Origin: an uncultured Eubacteriales bacterium
GTDB lineage: Bacteria > Acidobacteriota > Aminicenantia > Aminicenantales > Aminicenantaceae
Length of the DNA: 64,000 nt
NCBI GenBank assembly: GCA_964514305.1
Contig: CAZEQD010000004.1
Coordinates: forward strand, 20-64,019
Reading direction: 5' to 3'
In this document: piece after piece, positions 8,791 through 18,683 of the stretch
Layout of the letters: each line of letters starts with the position of its first letter
Position numbering within the stretch: the stretch's first letter is position 1
Position numbers and translations under genes: made by a program
The notes under the pieces: generated by a model
What the model saw: only the letters and a program-made list of their open reading frames with translations
Databases searched by the model: none
Told to the model about the DNA's origin: nothing

Positions 8791-9915
8791 ATGAGAATTG
8801 AACCCTTCCAAATGGAACGTTGGCAATCGACCTGGGAAAATGTGGTTAATTACAACCTGGCAGAAAGCGGCGTCCATCCTCTCTCGCTCCAACAATTGTT
8901 ATCTTTTTCAGATATTCATAGTCTTGGACACCTTTCCCTTGGATACACACAAACCAACGGCGATCCAAAACTGAGAGAAAAAATTGCAAAACTTTACCCA
9001 GGAGCCAATATCGAAAATATCTTAGTCACCACAGGTTCGGCCGAAGCCAATTTCCTTGTGATCTGGAGTTGTGTCGAGCCTGGAGATGAAGCGGTCTTCA
9101 TGCTTCCTAATTATATGCAAATGTGGAGTCTTCTCCGTGCTTTCGGATCTAAGGTCAAGCCTTTTTACTTAAGAGAAGACTTAAATTGGAGTCCTGATCC
9201 AGCAGAACTGAAAAAAACAGTTAGCAAAAATACTAAATTAATAATAATCACCAATCCTAATAACCCAACGGGCAGTATCTTAAATCAAGAAGCTAGAGAA
9301 ACCATTGTTAATCTAGCTGAATGGGCAGGTGCCTGGATTTTTGCTGATGAAGTCTACCGGGGGGCTGAATTAAATGGCCAGCTTACTCCCAGTTTTTGGG
9401 GTACCACTAAAAAAGTAGTAGCTACTAGTGGGCTTTCTAAAGCATACGGATTACCAGGTTTAAGAACAGGCTGGATTGTTGGCCCTGAGGATTTCATACA
9501 AAAAACATGGCCCTACCGTGATTACACTTCCATCTCTTCAAGCGCTGTCAGCCACTTCTTAGCTCAGATTGCCCTTACACCTGAAATAAGAGAAAAAATT
9601 CTGAAAAGAACAAGGGAAATTCTAAAGACAAACCTTCCTCATTTACAAAAGTGGCTGGCTCAACAAGATGGGCTGTTTAATCTCGTCCCCCCTCAAGCTG
9701 GAGCAATTGCTTTTGCCAGCTGTAAGTTAAATATTGATTCTGTCCAGCTAGCGACCAGAGTACTTGAAGAAAAAAGTGTTCTTATTGAGCCAGGTGAGCA
9801 TTTTGCTATGGGCAATCATCTTCGCTTCGGTTACGGTATGGAAGAAGAAGCTTTTCTTAAATCTTTGGCCCTAGTTTCAGAAGTCATTAATAATATCAAG
9901 AAAGAGTTAGCTTAA
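8791..9915 (+). CDS. Class I/II PLP-dependent aminotransferase
   Basis: 'NPNNPTGS' and 'SKAYGLPGLRTGW' (PLP-lysine block). Confidence 0.8.
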   Translation: MRIEPFQMERWQSTWENVVNYNLAESGVHPLSLQQLLSFSDIHSLGHLSLGYTQTNGDPKLREKIAKLYPGANIENILVTTGSAEANFLVIWSCVEPGDEAVFMLPNYMQMWSLLRAFGSKVKPFYLREDLNWSPDPAELKKTVSKNTKLIIITNPNNPTGSILNQEARETIVNLAEWAGAWIFADEVYRGAELNGQLTPSFWGTTKKVVATSGLSKAYGLPGLRTGWIVGPEDFIQKTWPYRDYTSISSSAVSHFLAQIALTPEIREKILKRTREILKTNLPHLQKWLAQQDGLFNLVPPQAGAIAFASCKLNIDSVQLATRVLEEKSVLIEPGEHFAMGNHLRFGYGMEEEAFLKSLALVSEVINNIKKELA

Positions 9916-9931
9916 CGATACAATTTTCTTA

Positions 9932-10489
9932 TTATCCAATTCTATTAAACCAAGCAATTTGGTCGAGGCTTTTCCTCTTTTTTGCTTTGAGCGGCCTTTT
10001 TTCATAATAGCCCATAGCTAAGAGAGATACTATTTTATATTTCCTTGGTATTTTAAAAAATTTTCTGGCCTTGCGGATACTAAACCAGCCAACCCAGCAG
10101 GTTCCCAGGCCTAATTCTTCTGCCTGGAGAACAATATGTTCACCGGCGATACCAACATCAATTAAATAATAGTGAACATTCTGAATTTGCTTTCCTATTC
10201 TATTGGCCACAATATCCAATCTAGCCATAATTAAGATTAAGACTGGAGCTTGGGCTGCAAATTTGGAGAAATAATAAATGCCTGAAAAAACTTCTTCAGC
10301 AAAAGCTTCTTTCAATTGAGGATCATCAATAACTAAAAACCTCCAGGGCTGAACATTTTCGGCTGAAGGAGCTAGGCGAGCAGCCTCAAGGCAAGTTATT
10401 ATCTTTTTTCTTTCTACTGGCTTGCCTAAATAACGCCTAATACTTCTCCTCTTCTGGACAAGTTGTCTGAATGAAAGTTTATTTTCCAT
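9932..10489 (-). CDS. Nitroreductase family protein
   Basis: 'RRSIRRY' N-terminal motif and a ~185-aa nitroreductase fold pattern. Confidence 0.75.
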   Translation of the reverse strand: MENKLSFRQLVQKRRSIRRYLGKPVERKKIITCLEAARLAPSAENVQPWRFLVIDDPQLKEAFAEEVFSGIYYFSKFAAQAPVLILIMARLDIVANRIGKQIQNVHYYLIDVGIAGEHIVLQAEELGLGTCWVGWFSIRKARKFFKIPRKYKIVSLLAMGYYEKRPLKAKKRKSLDQIAWFNRIG

Positions 10490-10851
10490 TTTACAATCTA
10501 ATTTTCATCCTATTTATATGAATCAATCACATAAAAATTTCAACTGATTTTTTAAATAATATACCCTATATTTTCATGATAATTAAGAAGATAAATTGCA
10601 GGCATGAAAGGCAAAGTCGATTTTCCCTCGGCCAAGCCCATAAGGGTGAGTGGGAGACCTTGTCAAGACTGGAGGGAAACCGACGACTTAAAAGCCGTTT
10701 CCTTTGAATATGAGACAGCCCAGAAATGAGGATAATCCCTTAAGATAATGGACCACAGCCGGCCGACTAGCACCATATTTCCTAGAAATTTCTCGTTGCC
10801 AAAAAAGAATATGTTTATAATAATAGGAAAAAGAAAAGCGAAGGAGGAAAA

Positions 10852-12834
10852 ATGATCAGAAAAATATTTGTTTTAAGCCAGATTATTTTTTCCTTTTCCA
10901 TTTTACCGCAACTTCTGGCAGGTATTACTCTCTGCTCTCAAGTTGCTAATTATACTATGGATGTTCATCTTGACCCTGAAAATAATTTAATAATGGGTAA
11001 AGAACTTCTTGTCTGGACAAACAGCACTCAATTTCCGGCTCCAGAACTCTGGTTTCATCTATACTGGAATGCTTTTCAGAATAACAAGAGCACTTTCCTA
11101 AAGGAAGCAAGAGAAAGGACAAATGTAGCTGACTTTAAAAAAGACGATTGGGGATACTGTCGCATCCAATCCATAAAAATCGTTCAAAATTCTTATTTTG
11201 AAGATTATGATCTAACACCTTGGCTAGAATTCCGCCATCCTGACGATAATAATCTTTATGATCAAACAGTGTTTTCAGTGGCTTTGCCTCATCCCTTAGA
11301 ACCCGGTCAAACAATTTCCATAGCCATTGATTTCAAATCAAAAATTCCCCGGCCCATTTCCCGGACAGGTGTCTGGAAAGATTATTATTTTATTGCCCAA
11401 TGGTTTCCTAAAATTGGAGTCTTCGAACATGGTCAATGGAACTGTCATCAGTATCATGCCCACAGTGAATATTTCGCCGATTACGGAACCTATGATGTTA
11501 AAATTAGACTACCTTCTTCTTTTATAGTAGGAGCAACTGGAGAACATCGAGAAAAAATTAACAATGGAGATGGCACAATCACTCACCATTTTTTCCAAGA
11601 CAGTGTCCATGATTTTGCCTGGACAGCCAGCCCCCGTTTTCTTGAATACAAAGAAAACTATGAATTTTCTCCAGGAAAATCGACTGAAATTACTCTCCTC
11701 CTTCAACCTCACCATAAGCATCTTAAACAAAGATACTTAATGGCTTTAAAGAATGCCCTTAAATATTGTAGCCTTTTTTATGGGGATTACCCTTACTCGA
11801 CTATTACCTGCGTTGATCCAGCTTATAACAGCCGCTCTGGAGGCATGGAATACCCGACATTTTTCTCAGCTGGTGCTTATTTTCTTAGCAAAAAAGGTAT
11901 CCCCAGGCCAGAGGGAGTTACCATTCACGAATTTGGACACAATTACTTTTACGGCTTAGTCGGAAGCAATGAATTTGAAAATCCCTGGATGGATGAGGGT
12001 TTCACTTCATTCTTGGACAGCCAGGTCTATTATGCAGCCTATGGTCAGCCTCTCTATTACAAAATGTACTTTGGTTTTCCGGTAATCTTTAAAGAAGTCA
12101 AAATACCTATTGAAGCAGAGGGGATCTCCCGCCATCGCCTAACTTATAATCTTGATAATATGCAACGCTTTGCCTGGCAGTTTTTATCAGGTGAGAGCTA
12201 CGGAGCTAACTCCTATGCTAAAGCAGAGCTTATGCTGCGCACTCTTCAAAGATACATGGGTAAGGAGAACTTCTCTCAGATGATTAAAGCCTATAGCCAA
12301 CGATTCTGGTTCAAACATCCTCGGCCAGAAGACTTTATTAATACTGTTTCTGAATTTGCCCGTCAGGATATGAGCTGGTTTCTGGATCAATTTATATACG
12401 GCTCAGAAAAACTTGACTACGCTCTAGCAAATCTTAGCTGGCACTTACCATCTCAACCCCGGGGTTGGTTTGAGGGAAAATATAGAGATGGCAATATAAA
12501 CCCCTCACAGCTCTCTATCTTCGAATCTGAAGTTGTAGTTCGCCGCCTAGGAGGGGTTAAAGTGCCTGTTGACATTCTAGTCGTTTTTGAAGATGGCCAG
12601 AAAGTCAGAAAGAAATGGGATGGACAATACCGTTGGAAAAGGTTTTCTTTTAAATATCCCTACAAGGTGAAGAAGGCAGTAGTTGATCCTGATTTCAAGC
12701 TGGTCATGGACATCAACCGGACCAACAACAGTCGCCTGAGAAAAGCCAATCTTTTAGCTCCCTGGAAATGGATGTCAAATTGGTTAATTTGGCTTCAACA
12801 TGCCTTAGAAGTATTCACCATTTTTGGCGGCTAA
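10852..12834 (+). CDS. Secreted M1-like (gluzincin) zinc metallopeptidase
   Basis: Signal peptide. 'HEFGHNYFYG...(18)...E' HEXXH-X18-E zinc site. Confidence 0.7.
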   Translation: MIRKIFVLSQIIFSFSILPQLLAGITLCSQVANYTMDVHLDPENNLIMGKELLVWTNSTQFPAPELWFHLYWNAFQNNKSTFLKEARERTNVADFKKDDWGYCRIQSIKIVQNSYFEDYDLTPWLEFRHPDDNNLYDQTVFSVALPHPLEPGQTISIAIDFKSKIPRPISRTGVWKDYYFIAQWFPKIGVFEHGQWNCHQYHAHSEYFADYGTYDVKIRLPSSFIVGATGEHREKINNGDGTITHHFFQDSVHDFAWTASPRFLEYKENYEFSPGKSTEITLLLQPHHKHLKQRYLMALKNALKYCSLFYGDYPYSTITCVDPAYNSRSGGMEYPTFFSAGAYFLSKKGIPRPEGVTIHEFGHNYFYGLVGSNEFENPWMDEGFTSFLDSQVYYAAYGQPLYYKMYFGFPVIFKEVKIPIEAEGISRHRLTYNLDNMQRFAWQFLSGESYGANSYAKAELMLRTLQRYMGKENFSQMIKAYSQRFWFKHPRPEDFINTVSEFARQDMSWFLDQFIYGSEKLDYALANLSWHLPSQPRGWFEGKYRDGNINPSQLSIFESEVVVRRLGGVKVPVDILVVFEDGQKVRKKWDGQYRWKRFSFKYPYKVKKAVVDPDFKLVMDINRTNNSRLRKANLLAPWKWMSNWLIWLQHALEVFTIFGG

Positions 12835-12854
12835 GCATACTAAGGAGATAAAAG

Positions 12855-13796
12855 ATGAAAGTATTTATAAATTTCAAAAAAGGGTTCCAGGCATCCAGCC
12901 AAACATTCAAAATGATCTTCATGCTTTTCCTGATAAATTTTTTCATATCTTTAATTCTAGGTTTTCCTATGTTAGGCACTCTTAAGTCTTCCTTGGGTTC
13001 TAGCATAGCTGGGGAAAAGATGGCCAAAGGCTTTGATTATTTATGGTGGCAGGAATTCAGAGATGAAAGTCAGGGTTTGGCTCTTACTTTCAGGCCTTCA
13101 ATTATCAATCAAGGGGCAATTTTGGACAATGTTGAATATTTAGTAGAAATGCGTTTCTTCCAGCTTCCCTTAGCTGTTCTTATTTTAATACTAATTTATA
13201 TAGTCATTCATACTTTTCTGGCGGGCGGACTTCTGGCTATTTTTAATCAAGACGAGATTAAATTCACCTTAAAAAAATTTTTCGGAGGGGCGGGACAATA
13301 TTTTTTTAGATTTCTGCTGTTAATGGCCATCTCCTGGGTATTTTTTCTGGCTATCGGATTCTTTTTGAACAAAGGCTTTAACTCCCTCATAAGCAGAATT
13401 GCAGCCAAATCTTTAACTGAAATTCAACCTTTTTATGCTGGTCTCCTTTTTAAAGGTGTAATTTTATTTCTACTGTTATTTACCCACATGGTATTTGATT
13501 ATGCCCGCATCAAAATCGTAGTTGAAGATAGCAAAAATGTTTTGACCTCAGCTCTAAAATCCTTTGGATTTGTGGCCAAACATTTAGGATCAACCTTAGG
13601 TCTTTATTTTATCTTGATCGGTTTATCTATAGTAACTGCTATTCTTTATATAGCTTTAAAAAGCTTAATTCCCCAGGCAAACTTAGCCCCAGTAGCCATC
13701 GCTTTTTTAATTCAACAGGCTTTTATTTTGGCCATTATCTGGCTTAGGTGCTGGCTCTATTCTTCTCAATTGGAACTTTATAGATATTTAAAATAA
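12855..13796 (+). CDS. Hypothetical polytopic membrane protein
   Basis: At least six predicted TM helices. Confidence 0.45.
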   Translation: MKVFINFKKGFQASSQTFKMIFMLFLINFFISLILGFPMLGTLKSSLGSSIAGEKMAKGFDYLWWQEFRDESQGLALTFRPSIINQGAILDNVEYLVEMRFFQLPLAVLILILIYIVIHTFLAGGLLAIFNQDEIKFTLKKFFGGAGQYFFRFLLLMAISWVFFLAIGFFLNKGFNSLISRIAAKSLTEIQPFYAGLLFKGVILFLLLFTHMVFDYARIKIVVEDSKNVLTSALKSFGFVAKHLGSTLGLYFILIGLSIVTAILYIALKSLIPQANLAPVAIAFLIQQAFILAIIWLRCWLYSSQLELYRYLK

Positions 13797-13904
13797 TAAT
13801 TGAAGATTGGTAATTAACTTGGATTATTCATAAAAAATGCCGATGTTTTATTTGGAATTTTACATAGATATGAACAAATCAAAATTATTCAGCCAATTCT
13901 ACGA

Positions 13905-14010
13905 AGAATGCTTATAACTAGTTGCTGTCCAGCCGAATCCCATAGTGATGGGCATGGGGGTCTTTGGCGATAACGGATGGGAATCGACGTTTTTAAAGAA
14001 GACTCCTCTA
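13905..14010 (+). repeat. Family-A dispersed repeat, degenerate copy A3
   Basis: 'tccagccgaatcccatagtgatgggcatgggggtctttggcgataacggatggg' aligns to the cores of A1 (39165-39215) and A2 (63778-63826). Confidence 0.45.
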
Positions 14011-14120
14011 AGTATTGGATATTACTGGAATAAAAATGCTTCGCTAAGCTGAAAATTTATTTGCTCTCTTATATTCTTTTTGATATAGTCTCCATAAGAC
14101 AAAACAATCGAGGAGGTCTA

Positions 14121-15098
14121 ATGAAAAAACTATCAACAATCACTATTATTTTAGCCTTAATTTTCTTCTCCTTTGTCTCCTGTGGAAAAAAAGTTACAGC
14201 CCCTAAAGCGGGCTCGGCTTCAGCCAATGATATGCTTAACTTTGTTCCTGTCGAGGCAAAAGGCGTTATCATGATTGATTTTCATCGAGCCATGTCGACC
14301 GAAATAGCCAGAAAAGCCATTGAGGAAGATAAAAATTACAAGAAATACCAGGAGTTTGTCAATAAAACAGGAATTGACCCTCAAAAAGATGTCTACTTTG
14401 TGACTGTGGCCGTAACTGAAGCCATGGAAAAAGGCAAAACCAAAGGTTCAGCTATTATCAACTTAAAATACAACAAGGAAAATCTTCTTTCTTTAATAAA
14501 ACAACAAGAAGGAAAATTAACAGAAGAAGATTATAATGGCTTCACCATTTATTCATCAAAAAAAGAAGATGAAGGAGGCTGTTTTTCATTTCTGGACGAT
14601 TCCAATGCAGTGGTGGGAAATGAAGCTGGCGTGAAATCGGTGATTGATGTTCTCTTGAAAAAGAAAGACAACGTTTTTAAGAATCAAGCCCTTTCTTCTT
14701 TGATGGCCAAAACTAACAAAGAAGCCATGCTCTGGGGGGCCTTTATCATCTCTCCTCAAGCCATTGAAAAAATTACTTCCCAAAATCCAATGCTCAGTAA
14801 TCTCAAAGCTGTTGATGCTGCTATCCTTTATTTTGATTATCAAAACAAAAATATTATGGCTGAAATAAAAGTAATGAGCAGCGATGAACAGAAAAATCAG
14901 CAGATTGCCGACCTTCTTAACGGAGTCAAAGCTATGGGAGGAATGGCTGCTGCCAAGAAGCCTGAAATAGGTGAATTTATCAATAAAATCGAGATTTCTT
15001 CAGCTCCTGATCATGTCAAAGTTTATGCTAAAATTCCAGAAGAGCTGATAAATAAGCTCAAAGAGATGAAGGCCACTGAAAAAAAGACATCTGACTAG
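14121..15098 (+). CDS. Hypothetical lipoprotein
   Basis: 'MKKLSTITIILALIFFSFVSCGKK' lipobox. RBS 'gaggagg' upstream. The 14061 start in the ORF track is probably too far upstream. Confidence 0.5.
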   Translation: MKKLSTITIILALIFFSFVSCGKKVTAPKAGSASANDMLNFVPVEAKGVIMIDFHRAMSTEIARKAIEEDKNYKKYQEFVNKTGIDPQKDVYFVTVAVTEAMEKGKTKGSAIINLKYNKENLLSLIKQQEGKLTEEDYNGFTIYSSKKEDEGGCFSFLDDSNAVVGNEAGVKSVIDVLLKKKDNVFKNQALSSLMAKTNKEAMLWGAFIISPQAIEKITSQNPMLSNLKAVDAAILYFDYQNKNIMAEIKVMSSDEQKNQQIADLLNGVKAMGGMAAAKKPEIGEFINKIEISSAPDHVKVYAKIPEELINKLKEMKATEKKTSD

Positions 15099-15099
15099 T

Positions 15100-15912
15100 T
15101 TAATCTTCTAAAATATATTCTTTAATAGAAAATATCAAACAGGCCAATCCCAAAAAAATAACTGTAAGGAGGAAAAGAGTAGTTACCGCTACCAAAGGCG
15201 GAGTAGGCTCCAAGCGAAAAAGAAGAAAAGAAAATCTGCCTCCTGTTGGCACATGAAGAAGGGACTTGAGATAATGAACGATAGCCAACCTTTGAGTTGA
15301 TCCCGGAAAATATTGAATTACATTTTCCCAGCCAAAGCTAAAAATCAAGCCAAAAAGGATGGACTTTTTTAAAAATGTCCCAATAAAAGTAAAGAGAGCC
15401 GAATAACAAATCAATCCTATGAGGAGAACCCCCATATATTTTAATAAAATTTTGTATAAGGCAAGCTCATCAAGGTAATCAACATTTAAAATTAAAAACG
15501 AGAGAACCAGTCCAACCACAGTCATTAAAACAACTAGAAAGGTATAAGCCATATATTTGCTCAAAATAATTGCTGATTTGGAGATGGGTCTGGTCGTCAA
15601 GTAAGTAATAGTTTTGCCTTCTATCTCTTCCGAACAGACCGAAGTCCCAAAAAATAAAGCCAGAATAAGAATAAGAAATTGAAGATAAAAAACCATAATC
15701 ATACTGGAAAAAACAGAAATGCCCTCAATATGGCTTCTCCCTGAAGAAAGATGAATGAATTTTATGGCCAAAGACATAAGGACCGGAAGAAAGCTTATTA
15801 CATAAAAGACTCTTGTCTTGCGTGATCTTCGACCGACAAAAAAGAAAAAAGAAAAAAGACTCCCCAGAGAATTAAAAAACAAAGATTGGCTTCTACCTTT
15901 TCCTTTGCTCAT
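15100..15912 (-). CDS. ABC-2 family transporter permease
   Basis: Six TM helices. 'SEEIEGKTITYLTTRPISK' ABC-2 permease motif. Confidence 0.6.
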   Translation of the reverse strand: MSKGKGRSQSLFFNSLGSLFSFFFFVGRRSRKTRVFYVISFLPVLMSLAIKFIHLSSGRSHIEGISVFSSMIMVFYLQFLILILALFFGTSVCSEEIEGKTITYLTTRPISKSAIILSKYMAYTFLVVLMTVVGLVLSFLILNVDYLDELALYKILLKYMGVLLIGLICYSALFTFIGTFLKKSILFGLIFSFGWENVIQYFPGSTQRLAIVHYLKSLLHVPTGGRFSFLLFRLEPTPPLVAVTTLFLLTVIFLGLACLIFSIKEYILED

Positions 15913-15915
15913 TTT

Positions 15916-16842
15916 CTATTTTCCTACCAGATAATCAAAAACAGCCTGAAGATTATCATCAGGAGAAGTAATTTCCTTAATTTCGATATTCTCTTTCAAA
16001 AATAAAGAAGGAAGAAGACTGAAGAGCTTATCTCTATTGTTAGTTTCAACCAGAAGAGAATCTGGACTTTGGCCAAAATTGATCTTTAAGACATAATCTT
16101 GGTCGATAATTCTGGAGGCCAGCAAACGGGGTTGATTACATTTGATAGAAATTATATGGGGATGAGTATCTATTAAATCACGGATGTAATGGATATCACC
16201 TTGAGCAAAAATTTTGCCTTGATGAATAAGAATAATTTTTTTGGTCATAGCTTCAATTTCAGGTAGAACGTGGCTGGAAACAATGACTGTTTTCCCTTCT
16301 TTGGCATATGATTTTATGAGTTTGATAATCTTCCTTCGGCCTAATGGATCCAAGCCATTAAGAGGCTCGTCAAGAATCATGATTTGGGGTTGATGGCCAA
16401 TAGCCTGGGCTAACTTTAACCTTTGCCGCATTCCCCGGCTATAGGATCTGATGACTCTATTTTTATCCTCTACTAATTCTACAATTTCTAAAGTTTCTTC
16501 AGCTTTTCTTTCTGCTTCTGTCTTTGAAAATTGTTGAAGTCTAAGCATGAAAATCAAAAATTCCCGTCCAGTCAATTCTTCATAAAAAGAATCTTGCTCT
16601 GGGCAATAACCAATTTTTGAGAAAAGAGAATAATTATTCCTAACCTTTTGACCCTCAATAATAACCTGACCTATATTGGCTTTTATTTGCCCTGTTATTA
16701 ATTTTAGAAAAGTGGATTTGCCGGCGCCGTTGGGCCCTAATAATCCTGTAATGCCTGGCTCAACTTTAAGAGAAACATCACTTAAACCAAGAACATTACC
16801 ATACCATTTAGAAAGATGGCGAGTTTCAATTACCGGCTTCAT
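15916..16842 (-). CDS. ABC transporter ATP-binding protein
   Basis: Walker A 'GLLGPNGAGKST', signature 'YSRGMRQRL', Walker B 'ILDEP'. Confidence 0.85.
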   Translation of the reverse strand: MKPVIETRHLSKWYGNVLGLSDVSLKVEPGITGLLGPNGAGKSTFLKLITGQIKANIGQVIIEGQKVRNNYSLFSKIGYCPEQDSFYEELTGREFLIFMLRLQQFSKTEAERKAEETLEIVELVEDKNRVIRSYSRGMRQRLKLAQAIGHQPQIMILDEPLNGLDPLGRRKIIKLIKSYAKEGKTVIVSSHVLPEIEAMTKKIILIHQGKIFAQGDIHYIRDLIDTHPHIISIKCNQPRLLASRIIDQDYVLKINFGQSPDSLLVETNNRDKLFSLLPSLFLKENIEIKEITSPDDNLQAVFDYLVGK

Positions 16843-17708
16843 TTTATAATTTCCACCTCTTTAATTCGCTTCTTTAAGATATATCCGGCCAAAACAGTTA
16901 ATAGGATTAAAATCAAGAAAGAATATAGCCAAGAAAAATTATAGGGAGTTTTCTGGATAAAAAGAAATGAGCCTACTTGCTGTAAATTGCATTTTAAAGA
17001 AAGAAGAGCAAAATAAGGATTTTTAAAAATTCCATAAAAAATACCAAACAATATATCTGAAAAGATATAAACACCAAAAATAAAAATAGCCACATATCTT
17101 CTATTCTTACTCAAAGCAGAAAGAGATAAGGTATAAACAGCAAAAAATCCAGTCACAAAAAATGAGTAGCCTATAATAGCCAAAGGAAGCCAAGGATATT
17201 TGACTAAAAAACTAAAACTTCCAGAAAAAATAAGCTTCATAATCAAAAGGAAAAGACCTGGAATAAGGGTCAGAACAAAAAGAAAAAAAGCAATGACTGA
17301 CATTTTGCCCAAGAAGTAGTCACCTTTTCTGAGGGGACGAGAAAAATAAAGCTGCAATGAATTATATTTAAGGTCGTCTGAAATAAGTCCGGCTCCACAA
17401 AAGATTAAAATCATCACTATAATAAAAAGTAAAAGATCATTGGTAAAATAAGATTTGAAATAGAGAGGATTTATTTGAAGGAATTCAGCCTGGCCTTTAA
17501 TCATGAATTTAAAATCTTCTAACCTTTCAGATATATAAATCCCAGCTAAATAGACCAAGGTTGGAGTCAAGGAACCAAAGAATAATAATTTAAAAAATTT
17601 TTTTCTAAAAGTTAATTTTATCCCCCATTTAGTGATTGGCATCCATGGAAATTTATTTTCTCTTAACTTTCCCTGCCAATGGCTGTAACCCTTTTCCCGA
17701 ATGGTCAT
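16839..17708 (-). CDS. ABC-2 family transporter permease
   Basis: Six TM helices. 'DDLKYNSLQLYFSRPLRK' motif. Paralog of 15100-15912. Confidence 0.6.
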   Translation of the reverse strand: MTIREKGYSHWQGKLRENKFPWMPITKWGIKLTFRKKFFKLLFFGSLTPTLVYLAGIYISERLEDFKFMIKGQAEFLQINPLYFKSYFTNDLLLFIIVMILIFCGAGLISDDLKYNSLQLYFSRPLRKGDYFLGKMSVIAFFLFVLTLIPGLFLLIMKLIFSGSFSFLVKYPWLPLAIIGYSFFVTGFFAVYTLSLSALSKNRRYVAIFIFGVYIFSDILFGIFYGIFKNPYFALLSLKCNLQQVGSFLFIQKTPYNFSWLYSFLILILLTVLAGYILKKRIKEVEIIK

Positions 17709-18619
17709 TAATCTACTCCTACTGCTTTGGCGAAAAGATCCTCAAGTGATGTTTGACTTTTGATAAAGTGTCTAATCTGAATATTTTCCTCTGCTCCAAT
17801 TTTGAAGATTTCTTGAGAACTCTGGCCAGGGGGCATATAAACTTTTAATAAGCCATCTTCTGTTTCTTCGACTCGGCAGCCAATAGCTTTTAATCTCTGT
17901 AAGAAAATTTGTGTGTTTCCCTTAATCCTGATTTCAAAAAGATTGTATTTGATGGCTTTAAGTTCTTTCATCTCTCCTTGGGCAGCTACTTTACCTTTAT
18001 TTAGAATCACTACATAAGAGCAAGTAGCTTCGATATCAGCCAGAATATGAGAAGAAATTAAGACCTGTATTTCTTTTTTAGAAGAGATATCCTTAATCAG
18101 CTCCAGTATTTCTTGGCGTCCTTGAGGATCTAAACCACTGGTCGGTTCGTCCATAAAAATGAGCTGGGGATCATGGACAATGGCCTGGGCCAGTTTCAAC
18201 CTTTGCTTCATACCTCCTGAATAAGTCTCTACTAAGCGGTAACGGCTTTCTTCCAAGCCCACATAAAAAAGAACTTCATGAGCCCGTTTCATGGCTTCCT
18301 GATGGGGCATGCCTGAAAGCTCACCAAGATAGGAAGTAAAAGAAACAGCATCCATCCCTGGAAGATAACAATCATCCTCAGGTAAATAACCAACAAGCCG
18401 GCGGATCATTGACTGTTGCCTTTTTATATTATAGCCGAGTACTGTCCCCTCCCCTTTTTCCACTGGAAGAAAGCCCAGCAATATTCTCAAAAGAGTGCTT
18501 TTTCCAGCTCCATTGGGCCCTAAAAGTCCCACAGCTCCTGGGGGCAAACTGAGGTCTATCCCGGCCAGAGCTCTAATGCGGCCGTAGTTAAAATAAAGAT
18601 TCTTGACTTCGACACTCAT
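17708..18619 (-). CDS. ABC transporter ATP-binding protein
   Basis: 'GLLGPNGAGKST', 'YSGGMKQRL', 'MDEPTSGLD'. Paralog of 15916-16842. Confidence 0.85.
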   Translation of the reverse strand: MSVEVKNLYFNYGRIRALAGIDLSLPPGAVGLLGPNGAGKSTLLRILLGFLPVEKGEGTVLGYNIKRQQSMIRRLVGYLPEDDCYLPGMDAVSFTSYLGELSGMPHQEAMKRAHEVLFYVGLEESRYRLVETYSGGMKQRLKLAQAIVHDPQLIFMDEPTSGLDPQGRQEILELIKDISSKKEIQVLISSHILADIEATCSYVVILNKGKVAAQGEMKELKAIKYNLFEIRIKGNTQIFLQRLKAIGCRVEETEDGLLKVYMPPGQSSQEIFKIGAEENIQIRHFIKSQTSLEDLFAKAVGVD

Positions 18620-18683
18620 TACAGATCTTAAGCTTTCTTTTTATGATACGTTATTCTTTAAAAAAAGGTTTCTCTCAGCTCCC

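Noticed and set aside
10601-10785. ZTP (pfl) or other known riboswitch class
   Set aside because: Only loose similarity (ACUGG...GGGAAACC; CCGGCCG). The downstream gene is a peptidase, not a purine or folate gene. I cannot verify a pseudoknot by eye, so it is kept as an unclassified structured element.
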